This document shows, one piece after another, positions 1 to 13,650 of a DNA stretch of 64,000 bases. Under the pieces are notes generated by a model. That model saw nothing but the letters and a program-made list of their open reading frames with translations, was not told the DNA's origin and did not search any database. The first letter of the stretch is position 1. Each line of letters opens with the position of its first letter. The DNA is from Gammaproteobacteria bacterium (GTDB taxonomy: Bacteria > Pseudomonadota > Gammaproteobacteria > SZUA-229). The stretch lies in the NCBI GenBank assembly GCA_013041745.1, contig JABDRN010000080.1, forward strand, positions 11,198-75,197, given 5' to 3'. Made by a program: the position numbers and the translations under genes.

Positions 1-612
1 GTTATTTTTCCGAAGCGCTTCGATGTCACTCATGAAACCAAAGGTACGTGCACGACTGACTTCTTTAACAAATGATGTCGTTGAAAAATCGATCTCGGCT
101 GTACAAGGGGCATCTTTGAAAGCCGGATGATCAAAATCTATGGCAAAGCTTACTTTAAATCCATCGAAAGGATCGAAACGAGCCCACTTACCTTCCTCTT
201 CTACGACGACAGATTTCTTGATACGGACAAATCTTTTCGGCGCTTCCTGTTCGACGATGCCTGCAGATTGAATCAGAAAGACGAAGGGGCCTGAACTACC
301 ATCCATGATTGGCACTTCTGCTGCACTGACGTCGATATAGGCATTATCAATACCCAGACCTGCCATGGCGGATAACAGGTGCTCTACGGTCGAAACACTG
401 ACACCGTCCTGCTCCAGTGTTGTTGAAAGCATAGTCGCTCCAACATTCATCGCATTGGCTTTTATTTCTACCGGTTCGTTGAGATCGACACGTCGGAAGA
501 TGACGCCCGTATCGGGCTGTGCTGGACGAAGAGTCAAATAGACTTTTTCACCGGAATGTAAGCCAACACCCGTGGCGCGAATTACATTCTTTAATGTTCT
601 TTGCTTAATCAA
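1..612 (-). CDS. lpxC: LpxC, UDP-3-O-acyl-N-acetylglucosamine deacetylase; N-terminal 204 codons only, gene continues past the left edge
   Basis: Absent from the ORF track (TTG start, truncated by the window). Reverse complement of 541-612 reads TTG ATT AAG CAA AGA ACA.. = (M)[23 protein letters not shown], the conserved LpxC N-terminus. The frame stays open to base 1 (..[21 protein letters not shown]). Usual position downstream of ftsZ. Confidence 0.9.
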   Translation of the reverse strand, partial: MIKQRTLKNVIRATGVGLHSGEKVYLTLRPAQPDTGVIFRRVDLNEPVEIKANAMNVGATMLSTTLEQDGVSVSTVEHLLSAMAGLGIDNAYIDVSAAEVPIMDGSSGPFVFLIQSAGIVEQEAPKRFVRIKKSVVVEEEGKWARFDPFDGFKVSFAIDFDHPAFKDAPCTAEIDFSTTSFVKEVSRARTFGFMSDIEALRKNN

Positions 613-833
613 TATGTTCAATCCTGTTGCCCAACCCAAGGTTGCAGCAGCACTTTGGATAAAAATCGCCGTATTATCACATGATTACGGACTAGATTGG
701 AAGCGCACCTTTAAACTACACACTTTACTAGTTTGATTTTAAATCAAAAACAGCTACATACAACATAATAGTCAAAAATATAAAAACAAATTAAATCAAC
801 AGGTTAAATATCAATACCTGTTATACAGCCAAA

Positions 834-2003
834 TTAATCTGCCTGTCTGCGTAAAAAGGCAGGTATATCGAGCATCTCTTCGTTATAACCACCATCCACG
901 GTCACAGGCTCTTCCTGTGGTTTTGGCTTTCTCGCCACTGCTGGTTTAGCCAGTTCACTGTAATCAGGCTCTTCATCGGCTGCAGCAGCAGGCTTGACAA
1001 CTTTTATCTCTGCTTGTGCCGGTGCTGGTACCTGTACTTTCGCTGGCTGCCCCAGTCCGGTAGCTACCACGGTAACACGTATTTCACCATCAAGAGATTC
1101 GTCGATCGCTGTTCCCATGACCACGGTTGCATCCTCAGAAGCAAAACCATTGATCACTGCACCGATATCCTGGAACTCACCAAGCGTCATGTTCGCACCG
1201 GTAACATTGACCAGGATGCCGCGAGCGCCAGACAGGTTAACATCTTCCAGTAGCGGGCTGGCGATCGCTGCTTCGGCAGCCACTTCAGCCCTATCATCAC
1301 CGATAGCACGGCCTGAGCCCATCATACCCATGCCCATCTTGGACATCACCGTTCTGACGTCTGCAAAGTCAACGTTGATGACGCCAGGATTGGTGATCAG
1401 TTCCGTGATACCCTGCACCGCACCGCAGAGTACATCATTGGCACCGCTGAATGCATTCATCAGGTCAAAGTCACGACCATAGACATCAAGCAGTTTATCG
1501 TTTGGAATAGTAATGAGTGAGTCAACATGCCCGCTCAGCTCCTTGATACCCTGCATAGCGATCTTCATACGCGCGGAACCTTCGAAAGCGAATGGCTTGG
1601 TAACAACACCGACTACCAGTATCCCCATCTCACGTGCTATCTGAGCAACCACAGGTGCAGCGCCGGTACCGGTTCCACCACCCATACCAGCGGTAACGAA
1701 TAACATATCTGTGTTAACTATCGCTTCCTGGATCAATTCACGATCTTCAAGTGCAGCCTGCTGACCGATTTCAGGCGTTGCTCCGGCACCAAGACCTTTC
1801 GTAATATTGCTGCCTATCTGTAGTGATTTGGCACCCTCGAAACGTCCTAATGCCTGGGCATCAGTATTTGTACAGATAAAATCGACGCCGTTAATACCGC
1901 TGCTCACCATATGCTGAACAGCATTACCACCACCGCCACCTACACCGATGACTTTTATGATTGCTTCTTGCGCACCGGAATCCATCAATTCGAACATTGG
2001 CAT
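834..2003 (-). CDS. ftsZ: Cell division GTPase FtsZ
   Basis: 389 aa. [14 protein letters not shown] and [13 protein letters not shown] tubulin/FtsZ signature, then a Pro/Ala/Glu-rich linker and the C-terminal [11 protein letters not shown] peptide. Confidence 0.98.
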   Translation of the reverse strand: MPMFELMDSGAQEAIIKVIGVGGGGGNAVQHMVSSGINGVDFICTNTDAQALGRFEGAKSLQIGSNITKGLGAGATPEIGQQAALEDRELIQEAIVNTDMLFVTAGMGGGTGTGAAPVVAQIAREMGILVVGVVTKPFAFEGSARMKIAMQGIKELSGHVDSLITIPNDKLLDVYGRDFDLMNAFSGANDVLCGAVQGITELITNPGVINVDFADVRTVMSKMGMGMMGSGRAIGDDRAEVAAEAAIASPLLEDVNLSGARGILVNVTGANMTLGEFQDIGAVINGFASEDATVVMGTAIDESLDGEIRVTVVATGLGQPAKVQVPAPAQAEIKVVKPAAAADEEPDYSELAKPAVARKPKPQEEPVTVDGGYNEEMLDIPAFLRRQAD

Positions 2004-2079
2004 GATATTTCTCCTCTTGATAATTTAATTTGTTTAATATTCATTTCGTTTTTATTCAATTTCATTTCTTGTAGCTGGG

Positions 2080-3315
2080 TTAAAAGTTTCCCTGGAACCA
2101 GTTCTTCATCCGCTCAAAAACTCCTTTAACACCACCTTCCATCATGATATGACTAGTGCCATTATTTCTGTGCTGGTTACCAAACAGCAATAATCCAACA
2201 CCAGTCGCATAAATCGGGTTACTCACTACATCTGACAGGCCTGATACATATTGTGGCAATCCGAGACGTACCGGAGCATGAAATATCTCTTCAGCAAGAT
2301 CGATAACGCCTTCCATTTTTGAACTGCCTCCGGTCAGTACTACACCTGCCGCGATGATGTCTTCGAAACCACTGCGACGTAACTCTGCCTGTACCAGGTT
2401 TAACAATTCTTCATATCGTGGCTCTACCACTTCTGCCAGTGTCTGTCTCGACAACTTACGAGGCGGCCTGTCGCCGACGCTTGGCACCTCTATCGTCTCT
2501 TCGGGATTAGCCAGTTGTCGAAGCGCACAGGCGTATTTGATCTTTATGTCATTGGCGTACTGTGTCGGTGTGCGTAATGCGACAGCGATGTCATTTGTCA
2601 CCTGGTCACCGGCGATCGGTATAACGGCAGTGTGACGAATAGCGCCTTCGGAAAATACCGCGATGTCGGTGGTGCCGCCACCGATGTCTACCAGGCAGAC
2701 ACCGAGTTCTTTTTCATCTTCTGTTAGCACCGAATAACTGGATGCCAATTGCTCCAGGATGATATCGTCTACCTCAAGGCCACAGCGGCGCACACACTTG
2801 ATGATATTCTGTGCTGCACCTACCGCGCCGGTGACGAGATGGACCTTGGCTTCGAGGCGCACACCTGACATGCCGATTGGTTCGCGGATACCTTCCTGGT
2901 CATCGATGATGAATTCCTGCGGTAAAATGTGAAGTACCCGCTGATCTGCTGGAATAGCTACTGCCCTTGCTGCATCGATCACTCTATCCAGGTCACCACC
3001 TGTCACTTCCCGCTCACGGATCGCGACGATGCCATGTGAATTCAGGCTGCGGATATGGCTGCCCGCAATGCCTGCATAGACTGAGTTGATCTCACAGCCT
3101 GCCATCAGCTCTGCTTCTTCGACAGCATGCTGAATAGATTGAACGGTTGATTCGATATTTACTACCACACCTTTCTTCAAACCGTTAGATGGATTAGAAC
3201 CGAGACCGATGATCTCGATATTACCCTCGGCATTTACCTCGCCTACTATTGCGACAACTTTCGAGGTACCAATATCCAGGCCGATCAACATATTTTTATC
3301 AGACTTCTTTGTCAT
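2080..3315 (-). CDS. ftsA: Cell division protein FtsA (actin-like ATPase)
   Basis: 411 aa. LIGLDIGTSKV and VDIGGGTTDIAVF phosphate-binding motifs. Lies between ftsQ and ftsZ. Confidence 0.97.
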   Translation of the reverse strand: MTKKSDKNMLIGLDIGTSKVVAIVGEVNAEGNIEIIGLGSNPSNGLKKGVVVNIESTVQSIQHAVEEAELMAGCEINSVYAGIAGSHIRSLNSHGIVAIREREVTGGDLDRVIDAARAVAIPADQRVLHILPQEFIIDDQEGIREPIGMSGVRLEAKVHLVTGAVGAAQNIIKCVRRCGLEVDDIILEQLASSYSVLTEDEKELGVCLVDIGGGTTDIAVFSEGAIRHTAVIPIAGDQVTNDIAVALRTPTQYANDIKIKYACALRQLANPEETIEVPSVGDRPPRKLSRQTLAEVVEPRYEELLNLVQAELRRSGFEDIIAAGVVLTGGSSKMEGVIDLAEEIFHAPVRLGLPQYVSGLSDVVSNPIYATGVGLLLFGNQHRNNGTSHIMMEGGVKGVFERMKNWFQGNF

Positions 3316-3319
3316 TCTT

Positions 3320-4117
3320 TCAAGCCCCGCTCACTTGGGTATCAATCATCTGCACAGCAAAACCATTTGGATAGCGCATATCTATTACCTTAATATTCTT
3401 TTCTGTCAGCATACTGTCACCAAGACCCTGCCCTGTCGCTAGTGAAGGCAATATGCGCACAAATCTTTGCAACCGCTTCTCTGTTTCAAAACGTCCTAGT
3501 TTTACATCTATCCTGTTAACGACAGCAGTGGAGGCTTCAGTCTCTTTCTGTTCAGCAACCACTAGCTGCCATGATCTTCTCTCATCGAGATCAAGCCGTA
3601 CTACTTCAAATTCGAGCAGCGCCATCTCCTGGTAGAGTACATTCATGAACTTCCATACATTATTATGATGTCCTTCAGGTCCATTCAGTATTGGCAGGTT
3701 AAGTTTCCTCACAACCTCCGCAGGTTTGAACACTTCACCAGATTCGTTGATATAACCATCGTTGTTCCAGTATGCGACTGGTTTCTGCTCAGTGATAAAA
3801 ACATCCAGACTTGCAGGCCATCGCCTTCTTAGAGAAACATCTTTTATCCATGGCTGCTGCTTTAGTTGCTCTCGTATATTATTTAGATTGACGGTGAAGT
3901 AACCACCATTTATTCCATTACTGACGACCACTTCGATATCGTCATTGTTGATATAGCGCAACTCACCTATCACCCTTACTTCTTCTACTGGCAATACTGT
4001 TGGTATATCCAGGTCTTTAAGCAACAGACCACCATAGATCAGCGCAGCGACAGCAAACACCGTGGGTGATGTTCTCACTATCTTTTTAAGCAACGATGTT
4101 TTGTTTTTTCTCTTCAT
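3320..4117 (-). CDS. ftsQ: Cell division protein FtsQ
   Basis: 265 aa with one N-terminal TM helix (VFAVAALIYGGLLL) followed by a POTRA-like periplasmic region. Conserved slot between ddl and ftsA. Confidence 0.9.
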   Translation of the reverse strand: MKRKNKTSLLKKIVRTSPTVFAVAALIYGGLLLKDLDIPTVLPVEEVRVIGELRYINNDDIEVVVSNGINGGYFTVNLNNIREQLKQQPWIKDVSLRRRWPASLDVFITEQKPVAYWNNDGYINESGEVFKPAEVVRKLNLPILNGPEGHHNNVWKFMNVLYQEMALLEFEVVRLDLDERRSWQLVVAEQKETEASTAVVNRIDVKLGRFETEKRLQRFVRILPSLATGQGLGDSMLTEKNIKVIDMRYPNGFAVQMIDTQVSGA

Positions 4118-4133
4118 TACTTATTGCTCAGCA

Positions 4134-6025
<1,892 letters not shown>

Positions 6026-6031
6026 ATCATG

Positions 6032-7456
6032 TTAGCCATGTGCCTCCAGCGATTGTTTTAACTGCGAAGCGACCTTGCCGATGCTGCCCGCCCCCATTGT
6101 TAACACCAGGTCACCATCCTGTAATACTGATCGCAAACTCTCATCAAGCTTTTCCACATCCTCTACGAATATCGGATTAGCTTTACCGCGCGCACGAATA
6201 GCAGCACACAATGCTCGAGTATCCGCACCGGCAATCAACTCTTCGCCAGCGGCATAAACTTCTGTTAGTAGCAGAACATCACACTCGGCCAGCACCTGAG
6301 AAAAATCCTCAAAAAGATCACGTGTCCGTGTATAACGATGAGGCTGGAAGATAGCTACCAGTCGTTTTTCTGGCCATGCATTCCTGGTCGCACTCAAGGT
6401 AGCTGCCACCTCTGTTGGGTGATGTGCATAATCATCGACAAGAGTCACCGAACCCTGAGCGATCTTTGCTTCACCATACATGTGCATACGACGGCCGATA
6501 CCTTCAAATTTTGCCAGCGCTGACTGCATATGTTCACTCGAAACGCCAAGTTCATAGCCCACACATATCGCAGCGAGCGCATTCAATACATTATGCCGGC
6601 CGGGCATATTCAAAGTGATCTCTATCGTTGACTCTGCTTCTGGCAGGATCACATCAAATGTTGTTCTGGATCCCAGGTAACGGATATTTGAAGCACGAAC
6701 GTCTGCATTAAACTCAATACCATAACGGATGACCGGACGAGTTATCTCAGGCAGCAGGCTTCGGACTTCCGCATCATCGACACAGACTACTGCCAGGCCG
6801 TAAAACGGCAGGTGATGTAAAAATTCGACAAAAGTCTGCTTAAGACGCGCGAAGTCACCACCATAGGTTGGCAGGTGATCGGCATCGATATTCGTTACTA
6901 TAGACATCATCGGCTGCAGATAGAGGAATGAAGCATCACTCTCATCAGCTTCAGCAACCAGGTACTTACCCTGGCCAAGACGTGCGTGTTTTGCAGAACT
7001 GTTCAGCTTTCCACCTATGACATAGGTCGGGTCAAGACCGGATTCTGCCAGCACACTGGTGACAAGAGATGTCGTCGTCGTTTTACCATGTGTCCCAGCG
7101 ACAGCGATACCGTGGCTGAAGCGCATCAGTTCAGCCAGCATTTCTGCACGCGGCACCACAGGGATACGTTTTGCGATAGCAGCTTCTACTTCTACGTTCT
7201 CGCGACTTATCGCTGTCGAAGTCACCACTACGTCAACGTCACTCACGTTCTCTACTGAATGTGAGTGATATACTTTTACACCTGAATTTTTTAACTGCTC
7301 AGTCACCGCGTTGCTAGCGACGTCTGAACCACTGACCTGGTAACCGAGTGTATTCATCACGTCGGCGATGCCGCTCATACCCGCGCCGCCGATACCGACA
7401 AAATGCACTCTACGTATTCGGCGCATGAAATCTTTGAAACTGACAGGCTGCGACAT
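6032..7456 (-). CDS. murC: UDP-N-acetylmuramate--L-alanine ligase MurC
   Basis: [14 protein letters not shown] and [10 protein letters not shown] Mur-ligase motifs. I moved the start to ATG 7456 (MSQPVSF..), which shares one base with the murG stop (TGATG). The ORF-track start at 7483 would overlap murG by 28 nt. Confidence 0.95.
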   Translation of the reverse strand: MSQPVSFKDFMRRIRRVHFVGIGGAGMSGIADVMNTLGYQVSGSDVASNAVTEQLKNSGVKVYHSHSVENVSDVDVVVTSTAISRENVEVEAAIAKRIPVVPRAEMLAELMRFSHGIAVAGTHGKTTTTSLVTSVLAESGLDPTYVIGGKLNSSAKHARLGQGKYLVAEADESDASFLYLQPMMSIVTNIDADHLPTYGGDFARLKQTFVEFLHHLPFYGLAVVCVDDAEVRSLLPEITRPVIRYGIEFNADVRASNIRYLGSRTTFDVILPEAESTIEITLNMPGRHNVLNALAAICVGYELGVSSEHMQSALAKFEGIGRRMHMYGEAKIAQGSVTLVDDYAHHPTEVAATLSATRNAWPEKRLVAIFQPHRYTRTRDLFEDFSQVLAECDVLLLTEVYAAGEELIAGADTRALCAAIRARGKANPIFVEDVEKLDESLRSVLQDGDLVLTMGAGSIGKVASQLKQSLEAHG

Positions 7457-8541
7457 CAGGCGATACCTCCGGCTGATTGACATGCATCTGCAATTTTTTT
7501 TGCTGAACCGGGGATAGCTAACTTTCTGGCAGCGACAGCCATATCCAGCAGTTTGTTTCGGTCTGCAGAGAAATCATTGATCAGCTCCACCAGCCACTTA
7601 GTAGTTAACTCAGCCTGCTGCCTGACGATGGCCGCACCTGCAGTTTCAAGATAGCGTGCATTACCGGTCTGGTGATCATCAACAGCATAAGGGTAAGGTA
7701 CCAGCACAGATGCCACACCTGCTGCAGCCAGCTCGAAAACCGTCATCGCACCTGAGCGGCAGATCACCAGATCAGCCCACTCGTAGGCGGCCGGCATATC
7801 ATCGATAAATGCTTCAACTTTTGCCTCCACATCTGCATTCTTATAAATAGCTTGAGCATCATCGATGTTCTTCATACCTGTCTGATGGATTACTTCCGGG
7901 CGTTCTGCCACAGCGATCGATGCCAATGCCTGTGGAATGATCTCGTTAAGCTTTACCGCACCCAGACTGCCACCGATAACCAGCAGTCGCAGCTTGTTAT
8001 TTGCCTCACGCTGAGCAAAGCGCTCACTCGGTTCGGTTAACTCACATATTGACTGTCGTACCGGGTTGCCTGTTGTCGTTGCATTTTTAAATACACCTGG
8101 AAACGCCTGTAACACGACACTGGCAAGGCGTGACAATATTTTGTTTGTCATACCAGCGACCGCATTCTGTTCATGCACTATGAGGGGTTTTCTGATCAGC
8201 CAGGCCATCAAGCCTCCTGGGCCCGATGCAAACCCACCCATACCAAGTACAGCACAGGGGCGCTTTCTAAACAGCACAGTCAGTGCCTGCCAACAAGCCA
8301 TGGCAATCCGCACCGGCGCCAACAGCAGTGTTGCTGTGTTCTTGCCACGCAGACCGGTAATAGTCATCCATTCGATCGGATAACCGGCCTCAGGTACCAG
8401 GCGAGACTCGATGCCAGCCCTGGTACCCAGCCATACCACTGGAATACCGCGAGAGCGCAATTCATCGGCAACAGCAAGCGCCGGGAACACGTGTCCACCG
8501 GTGCCGCCCGCCATGATTAATACTGGACGCGCATCGATCAT
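7456..8541 (-). CDS. murG: Lipid II glycosyltransferase MurG
   Basis: 361 aa with the [14 protein letters not shown] motif. Its start overlaps the ftsW stop by 4 nt. Confidence 0.96.
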   Translation of the reverse strand: MIDARPVLIMAGGTGGHVFPALAVADELRSRGIPVVWLGTRAGIESRLVPEAGYPIEWMTITGLRGKNTATLLLAPVRIAMACWQALTVLFRKRPCAVLGMGGFASGPGGLMAWLIRKPLIVHEQNAVAGMTNKILSRLASVVLQAFPGVFKNATTTGNPVRQSICELTEPSERFAQREANNKLRLLVIGGSLGAVKLNEIIPQALASIAVAERPEVIHQTGMKNIDDAQAIYKNADVEAKVEAFIDDMPAAYEWADLVICRSGAMTVFELAAAGVASVLVPYPYAVDDHQTGNARYLETAGAAIVRQQAELTTKWLVELINDFSADRNKLLDMAVAARKLAIPGSAKKIADACQSAGGIA

Positions 8542-9818
8542 AATAATGCACCTCCCGCTCTTACTCCCGTGGCTGGCTTTTTCTTTATTCTGCCTGCTGT
8601 CCTGGTAGCCTTCCTTGCCCCACCCTTACTCGCCTGCCTGCTGACACCGTTTGTTTCATAATGGATACGCATCAATAAACCGATAGCCGCACAACACACG
8701 ATCAGGCTACTGCCGCCATAACTCATCAATGGCAGGGTCAGACCTTTCGTTGGCAGCAGCCCGACGTTTACACCCATATTTATCACGGCCTGCATGGACA
8801 GCCAGATACCGATACCATAAGCCAGGTATGCAGCAAAATAATTACCTGCTCTTTCCGCCTGGGCAGCAATTTTCAACGATCTGAAAAACAGTGCGGCATA
8901 TAACAGGACAACAAAACTTACACCGACAAATCCCAGCTCTTCCGATAACACGGCAAACAGGAAATCAGTATGCGACTCTGGTAGGTAGAACAATTTTTGC
9001 ACACTACCGCCAAGGCCGGTACCAAACCAGCCGCCGGTGCCAATGGCGATCAGTGATTGTGTTAACTGGAAACCACTATCGAACGGGTCTGCCCATGGGT
9101 TGGCAAATGAAGTCAGACGCTGCATCCGATATGGCGAGGTAACCACCAGCAGCATGGCGGCACTGGCAAAGATCATCACGAAAGACATGAACTGAACGAA
9201 TCGCGCACCGGCTAAAAAAGTCATGCCTAGCACGGTGCCCATGATAACGACAGTGGCACCAAAATCCGGTTCTATCAGCAGCAATAGACCGGCGAGGCCA
9301 ACCATCAGCATCGGTTTAAGGAAACCCCAGAGCGAACTACGCACTGCATCTCCGTGCCTTACCAGGTAACCTGCTACATAGATAACGAGGAAAAGTTTTA
9401 CCAGCTCAGATACCTGCAGATTGAACACACCCAACGGCAGCCAGCGTGTACTGCCATTAACGGTCTTACCGACACCCGGAATCAACACCAGCACGAGCAG
9501 GAACAGGGCAAATAATAAGAGAGCCATGCCAGATTTTTCCCACTGTACCAGACGAATCTTAAAAACAGTGAGAGCGGCAAATATACCAATGGCAACAAAT
9601 ACCAGCTGGCGTTGCAGATAGTAAAACGGATTTGAATAGTTCCTGTCAGCCACGCTGATAGACGATGATGCCACCATGATGACACCGATGGTCAACAATG
9701 ATATGAACGCGACCGTCAGCACCGGGTCCAGATCATCTAGATCAAACCAGGACGTCAACTGCTTACGCGGTGACTTGAACGAAGCCAGGCGGCTAAACAT
9801 CTCAGCAGGTGCACTCAT
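8538..9818 (-). CDS. ftsW: SEDS-family peptidoglycan polymerase / lipid II flippase FtsW
   Basis: 426 aa polytopic membrane protein in the conserved slot between murD and murG, with a basic C-terminal tail. Confidence 0.93.
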   Translation of the reverse strand: MSAPAEMFSRLASFKSPRKQLTSWFDLDDLDPVLTVAFISLLTIGVIMVASSSISVADRNYSNPFYYLQRQLVFVAIGIFAALTVFKIRLVQWEKSGMALLLFALFLLVLVLIPGVGKTVNGSTRWLPLGVFNLQVSELVKLFLVIYVAGYLVRHGDAVRSSLWGFLKPMLMVGLAGLLLLIEPDFGATVVIMGTVLGMTFLAGARFVQFMSFVMIFASAAMLLVVTSPYRMQRLTSFANPWADPFDSGFQLTQSLIAIGTGGWFGTGLGGSVQKLFYLPESHTDFLFAVLSEELGFVGVSFVVLLYAALFFRSLKIAAQAERAGNYFAAYLAYGIGIWLSMQAVINMGVNVGLLPTKGLTLPLMSYGGSSLIVCCAAIGLLMRIHYETNGVSRQASKGGARKATRTAGRIKKKPATGVRAGGALL

Positions 9819-11173
9819 GACTGTAATGCCTCCACTGCCTGTATAAAAGCATCGCCACGTTGTTCGAAATTGTCGAACATATCAAAACTCGCACATGCAG
9901 GTGCCAGCAAAACATTATCGCCCGGCTGCGCCAGTGTTGCAGCTGTGTTCACCGCAGACTGCATATCAGGAACTCGTTTGACCTCCATACCTCCTGGTAT
10001 GACTGACTCGATCCTGTCGGCATCCTTACCCAGTAAAACCACAGCCCTGCAATGCTTGCTCACGACATCTGTCAACTCAGAAAAGTCTGCCCCTTTTGCG
10101 ATACCGCCGGCAATCAGCACATGCTTGCCAGGCAGCCCGGTCAGCGCTGCTATTGCCGCACCCACGTTGGTGGCTTTTGAGTCATTGATCCAGCTAATGC
10201 CATTGGTTTCTGCAACAAGCTGCGCACGATGCTTGAGCCCTTTAAAATCTCTCAGTGTATTAAGCATGATATCCATCGGCAGACCGATGGCATATCCGAG
10301 CGCTAATGCTGCTAATGCATTCTGTATATTATGCTTGCCTTTGATAACCAGATCATCGACAGCTATCAGCTGTTGCTCACCAAAGCACAGCTTACTGGCC
10401 TGGTCGCCGCATAGACCAAACTCATTGTTCTCCGGAGCATCCAGGGTAAAGCGGAGCTGCACTCCAGGCTTACCAGCAAGCTGACCACCGGCCAGCGCAT
10501 CGTCCTTATTTATAACAAGCACATCGGCATTTTCGTAGATCACCTGCTTGCACATTGCGTAGGCAGCAAGATTCTCATATCGGTCGAGATGATCAGCACT
10601 GATATTGAGCACAACCGCTGCTTTCATCGGCAGTTTGTGCAATGTTTCCAGCTGAAAACTGGATAACTCAAGAACATACAGGCCAATATCGTCATCCAGG
10701 GAATCGAGTACAGGGGTACCGATATTACCGCTGGCCACCGAGTTCAAGCCTGCTCTTGTAGCCATCGAGGCGAGCAGTGTAGTAACCGTTGATTTTCCAT
10801 TAGATCCTGTTATACCGACGACCGGGGCCTTCACTTCATGAGCGAACAGGTCGATATCACCGATGATTTCGATATTATTCTTCCTGGCTTCGACCAGGGC
10901 AGGTTCAGCGAGCGCCACGCCCGGACTGACGACGATACGGCGCGCCTTTAAGAACAATGAAACATCAAAACTGCCGGTATATAGCTCGACATCATCATAC
11001 TGGCTTTTCAACTCATTTAGGCCCGGAGGAATATCGCGGCTATCGACGACGACGACCGGCTCACCCAGAGCGTACAGATAGCGCACCACAGACAAGCCGG
11101 TCTTACCCAGTCCAACGACCAGTGTATAAACAGCTTGTTCAGGTTTAGCAGACATTTTTCTTAGTGCACTCAT
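9815..11173 (-). CDS. murD: UDP-N-acetylmuramoylalanine--D-glutamate ligase MurD
   Basis: 452 aa with the GITGSNGKSTV P-loop and Mur ligase layout. Its stop overlaps the ftsW start. Confidence 0.96.
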   Translation of the reverse strand: MSALRKMSAKPEQAVYTLVVGLGKTGLSVVRYLYALGEPVVVVDSRDIPPGLNELKSQYDDVELYTGSFDVSLFLKARRIVVSPGVALAEPALVEARKNNIEIIGDIDLFAHEVKAPVVGITGSNGKSTVTTLLASMATRAGLNSVASGNIGTPVLDSLDDDIGLYVLELSSFQLETLHKLPMKAAVVLNISADHLDRYENLAAYAMCKQVIYENADVLVINKDDALAGGQLAGKPGVQLRFTLDAPENNEFGLCGDQASKLCFGEQQLIAVDDLVIKGKHNIQNALAALALGYAIGLPMDIMLNTLRDFKGLKHRAQLVAETNGISWINDSKATNVGAAIAALTGLPGKHVLIAGGIAKGADFSELTDVVSKHCRAVVLLGKDADRIESVIPGGMEVKRVPDMQSAVNTAATLAQPGDNVLLAPACASFDMFDNFEQRGDAFIQAVEALQS

Positions 11174-11191
11174 CCGTTCAAATGTAATTAT

Positions 11192-12274
11192 CTATCGCAG
11201 TTTCAAAGAGGCCAGTCCAACCAGTACCAGCACTACAGTAATGATCCAGAAACGAACGATAACCCTCGGCTCCGGCCAACCCTTTAATTCGAAGTGGTGA
11301 TGGATCGGCGCCATCCTGAAAATCCTCTTGCCGGTCAACTTGTAAGACCCGACCTGCAAGATGACCGATACCGTTTCCATGACAAAAACACCACCCATGA
11401 TGACCAGCACGAGTTCCTGCCTGACATATACGGCAATTACACCCAGCGCCGCGCCAAGAGCCAGCGCGCCGACATCACCCATGAACACCATCGCAGGATA
11501 AGTGTTGAACCATAAAAAACCGAGCCCGGCACCTACCAGAGCACCACAGAAAATCGACAGCTCGCCGACACCGGCGACATAGGGGATACCGAGATAATTT
11601 GCAAAGGTTGAGTGTCCTGATAGATAGGCGAATACTGCGAGTGCACCAGCCACCATCACGGTCGGCATGATCGCCAGGCCATCAAGACCGTCAGTCAGGT
11701 TTACCGCGTTACTGCTACCTACGATGACCAGGTAGGTAAGGACGATAAATCCTGCACCCAGCGGTAACATTACGTCCTTCAAGAACGGGAATATCAAGGT
11801 GGTTTCGACCGGTGTTTTTGCACTGGCAAACATGAAATACGCAGCGGCAAAGCCAAATACCGTTTGCCAGAAATATTTCCACCTCGCTGGCAGGCCCTTG
11901 GAATTACCATAGACCAGTTTTTGATAATCATCGACTCCGCCGATCAGGCCGAATGCCAGGGTAACACCCAATACCACCCAGACTTTCTCACTGGACAGAT
12001 CCGACCATAATAGAGTACTGATAGCGATAGACACCAGGATAAGCGCACCACCCATAGTTGGCGTACCCGCTTTAGACAGGTGAGATTGTGGACCATCATC
12101 ACGGACGTGCTGCCCAATCTTATAGCTGGACAGTTTACGTATCATGGTAGGGCCTATCACCAGGGATAAAACCAGTGCGGTAATGGTGCCAAGAATGGCA
12201 CGAAAAGTAATATACTGAAAGACAGAAAAACCGCTTTCATACTGTTGCAGATATTCAGCTAATGTTAAAAACAT
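11192..12274 (-). CDS. mraY: Phospho-N-acetylmuramoyl-pentapeptide transferase MraY
   Basis: 360 aa multi-TM protein with [13 protein letters not shown] and PIHHHFE motifs. The ATG shares a base with the murF stop (TAATG). Confidence 0.97.
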   Translation of the reverse strand: MFLTLAEYLQQYESGFSVFQYITFRAILGTITALVLSLVIGPTMIRKLSSYKIGQHVRDDGPQSHLSKAGTPTMGGALILVSIAISTLLWSDLSSEKVWVVLGVTLAFGLIGGVDDYQKLVYGNSKGLPARWKYFWQTVFGFAAAYFMFASAKTPVETTLIFPFLKDVMLPLGAGFIVLTYLVIVGSSNAVNLTDGLDGLAIMPTVMVAGALAVFAYLSGHSTFANYLGIPYVAGVGELSIFCGALVGAGLGFLWFNTYPAMVFMGDVGALALGAALGVIAVYVRQELVLVIMGGVFVMETVSVILQVGSYKLTGKRIFRMAPIHHHFELKGWPEPRVIVRFWIITVVLVLVGLASLKLR

Positions 12275-13650
12275 TAGTTCACCCTCTTGTTATTATTCTG
12301 TTGGGTCAATATCCGTTCAACTACCTCTTCCATAGCCGCACTGCGAGAACCTTTGATCAACACAGTCTCACCGCCTGTTAGCGCTTTCTTCAAAGCCTTG
12401 ATCAGTTCATTTTTGTTTTTAAAGTAAAAGCCGTTTTCACCGAAAGCATCAGCAGTACTCTCACTCAACCTGCCGGTGACAAACAATTGAGATATACCCG
12501 CTTTTTTTGCTTTAGCGCCGATCTCGGCATGCAACTTCTCGGCATCGCTGCCCAGCTCTGCCATATCACCCAGGACCAGTACCGTATCGCCCTCCATAGC
12601 GGCAAGCACATCGATGGCTGCACTCACCGAGAGAGGATTTGCATTGTATGTATCATCGATGACTTTATAGCCGGCATCGGAGTTTTTGATCGTCAACCGA
12701 CCATGTATATTCTCGAAAGTGGATAGTGACGAGGTTATCTCCTGCAGGGACAGGCCAAGCGAGTATGTTACGGCTATAGCAGCCAATGCATTCATCACGT
12801 TATGCTTACCCGGGACCTTAAGCGCCAGATCAGCCTGCTCGGATCTAACAGTTACCCGGTAACGGTCAGCTTCGATCAGCTCCGCATAAACATCAGCCTT
12901 GTCGTCGATCATCGAAAAACCGATAGTGTTCATGTCAGCGCAGTACTCAACCCAGAACGGTGAAAACACATCATCCATGTTCAACACCGCGATACCGTCA
13001 TCAGATAAACCATTGTAGATTTCAGCTTTCGCTCTAGAAATATTTTTCAGGGAACCAAAACCTTCAAGATGCGCAGGCCCGACATTATTGACCAGTGCCA
13101 CATCAGGTCTGGCTATCCTGGTAAGGTAGTCGATCTCACCAACATGGTTTGCCCCCATCTCGATGACTGCGAATTTATGTTCTTTGCTAAGCTCCAGCAG
13201 CGTCATCGGCATACCGATGTCATTGTTCAGGTTACCTTTCGTCGAATGCACGGCGGCAGCACCTGCATGATCGCTAAGGATCTTGCTAACCATTTCTTTA
13301 ACTGAGGTTTTACCGTTACTGCCGGTAATAGCAACCAGTTTTCCAGCTGTCTGCTGCTGCCCCCAGGTCTGGCGCCAATGGGCGGCGAGCTGCCCTAGCG
13401 CTATACGTGTATCTTCGACCTGCACCTGTGGCACATCGAGCGCAACGGATGCACTCACCAGCGCGCCGACTGCACCGGATTCACTCGCTTCAGCGACAAA
13501 CTGGTGACCGTCAAATCGTTCACCTTTGAGCGCAACGTATAGATCACCTGCCTGTATATCGCGGGTATCTTTAGACACGCCGGTCATCAAGACATCTTTA
13601 CCATGCAATGTTGCACCGAGCGCGTGTGCTAACTGAGACATCATCATCAC
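12274..13650 (-). CDS. murF: UDP-MurNAc-tripeptide--D-Ala-D-Ala ligase MurF
   Basis: 458 aa with [13 protein letters not shown] and DDTYNANP motifs. Confidence 0.96.
   Translation of the reverse strand: MMMMSQLAHALGATLHGKDVLMTGVSKDTRDIQAGDLYVALKGERFDGHQFVAEASESGAVGALVSASVALDVPQVQVEDTRIALGQLAAHWRQTWGQQQTAGKLVAITGSNGKTSVKEMVSKILSDHAGAAAVHSTKGNLNNDIGMPMTLLELSKEHKFAVIEMGANHVGEIDYLTRIARPDVALVNNVGPAHLEGFGSLKNISRAKAEIYNGLSDDGIAVLNMDDVFSPFWVEYCADMNTIGFSMIDDKADVYAELIEADRYRVTVRSEQADLALKVPGKHNVMNALAAIAVTYSLGLSLQEITSSLSTFENIHGRLTIKNSDAGYKVIDDTYNANPLSVSAAIDVLAAMEGDTVLVLGDMAELGSDAEKLHAEIGAKAKKAGISQLFVTGRLSESTADAFGENGFYFKNKNELIKALKKALTGGETVLIKGSRSAAMEEVVERILTQQNNNKRVN

Noticed and set aside
732-748. Perfect palindrome TTTGATTT-T-AAATCAAA upstream of lpxC, which looks like an FNR box.
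   Set aside because: The half-sites are TTGAT-N5-ATCAA, not N4, so it does not fit the FNR/CRP-family geometry seen at the other sites. It lies in very AT-rich DNA where such palindromes arise easily.
994-1482. 162-aa plus-strand ORF (with a 79-aa ORF at 1014-1253) inside ftsZ. There are many similar antisense ORFs across the dcw cluster, e.g. 9870-10484 and 13896-14360.
   Set aside because: They lie antisense to strongly recognisable genes. They have Ser/Pro/Ala/Thr-rich low-complexity translations typical of shadow frames, and no start context.
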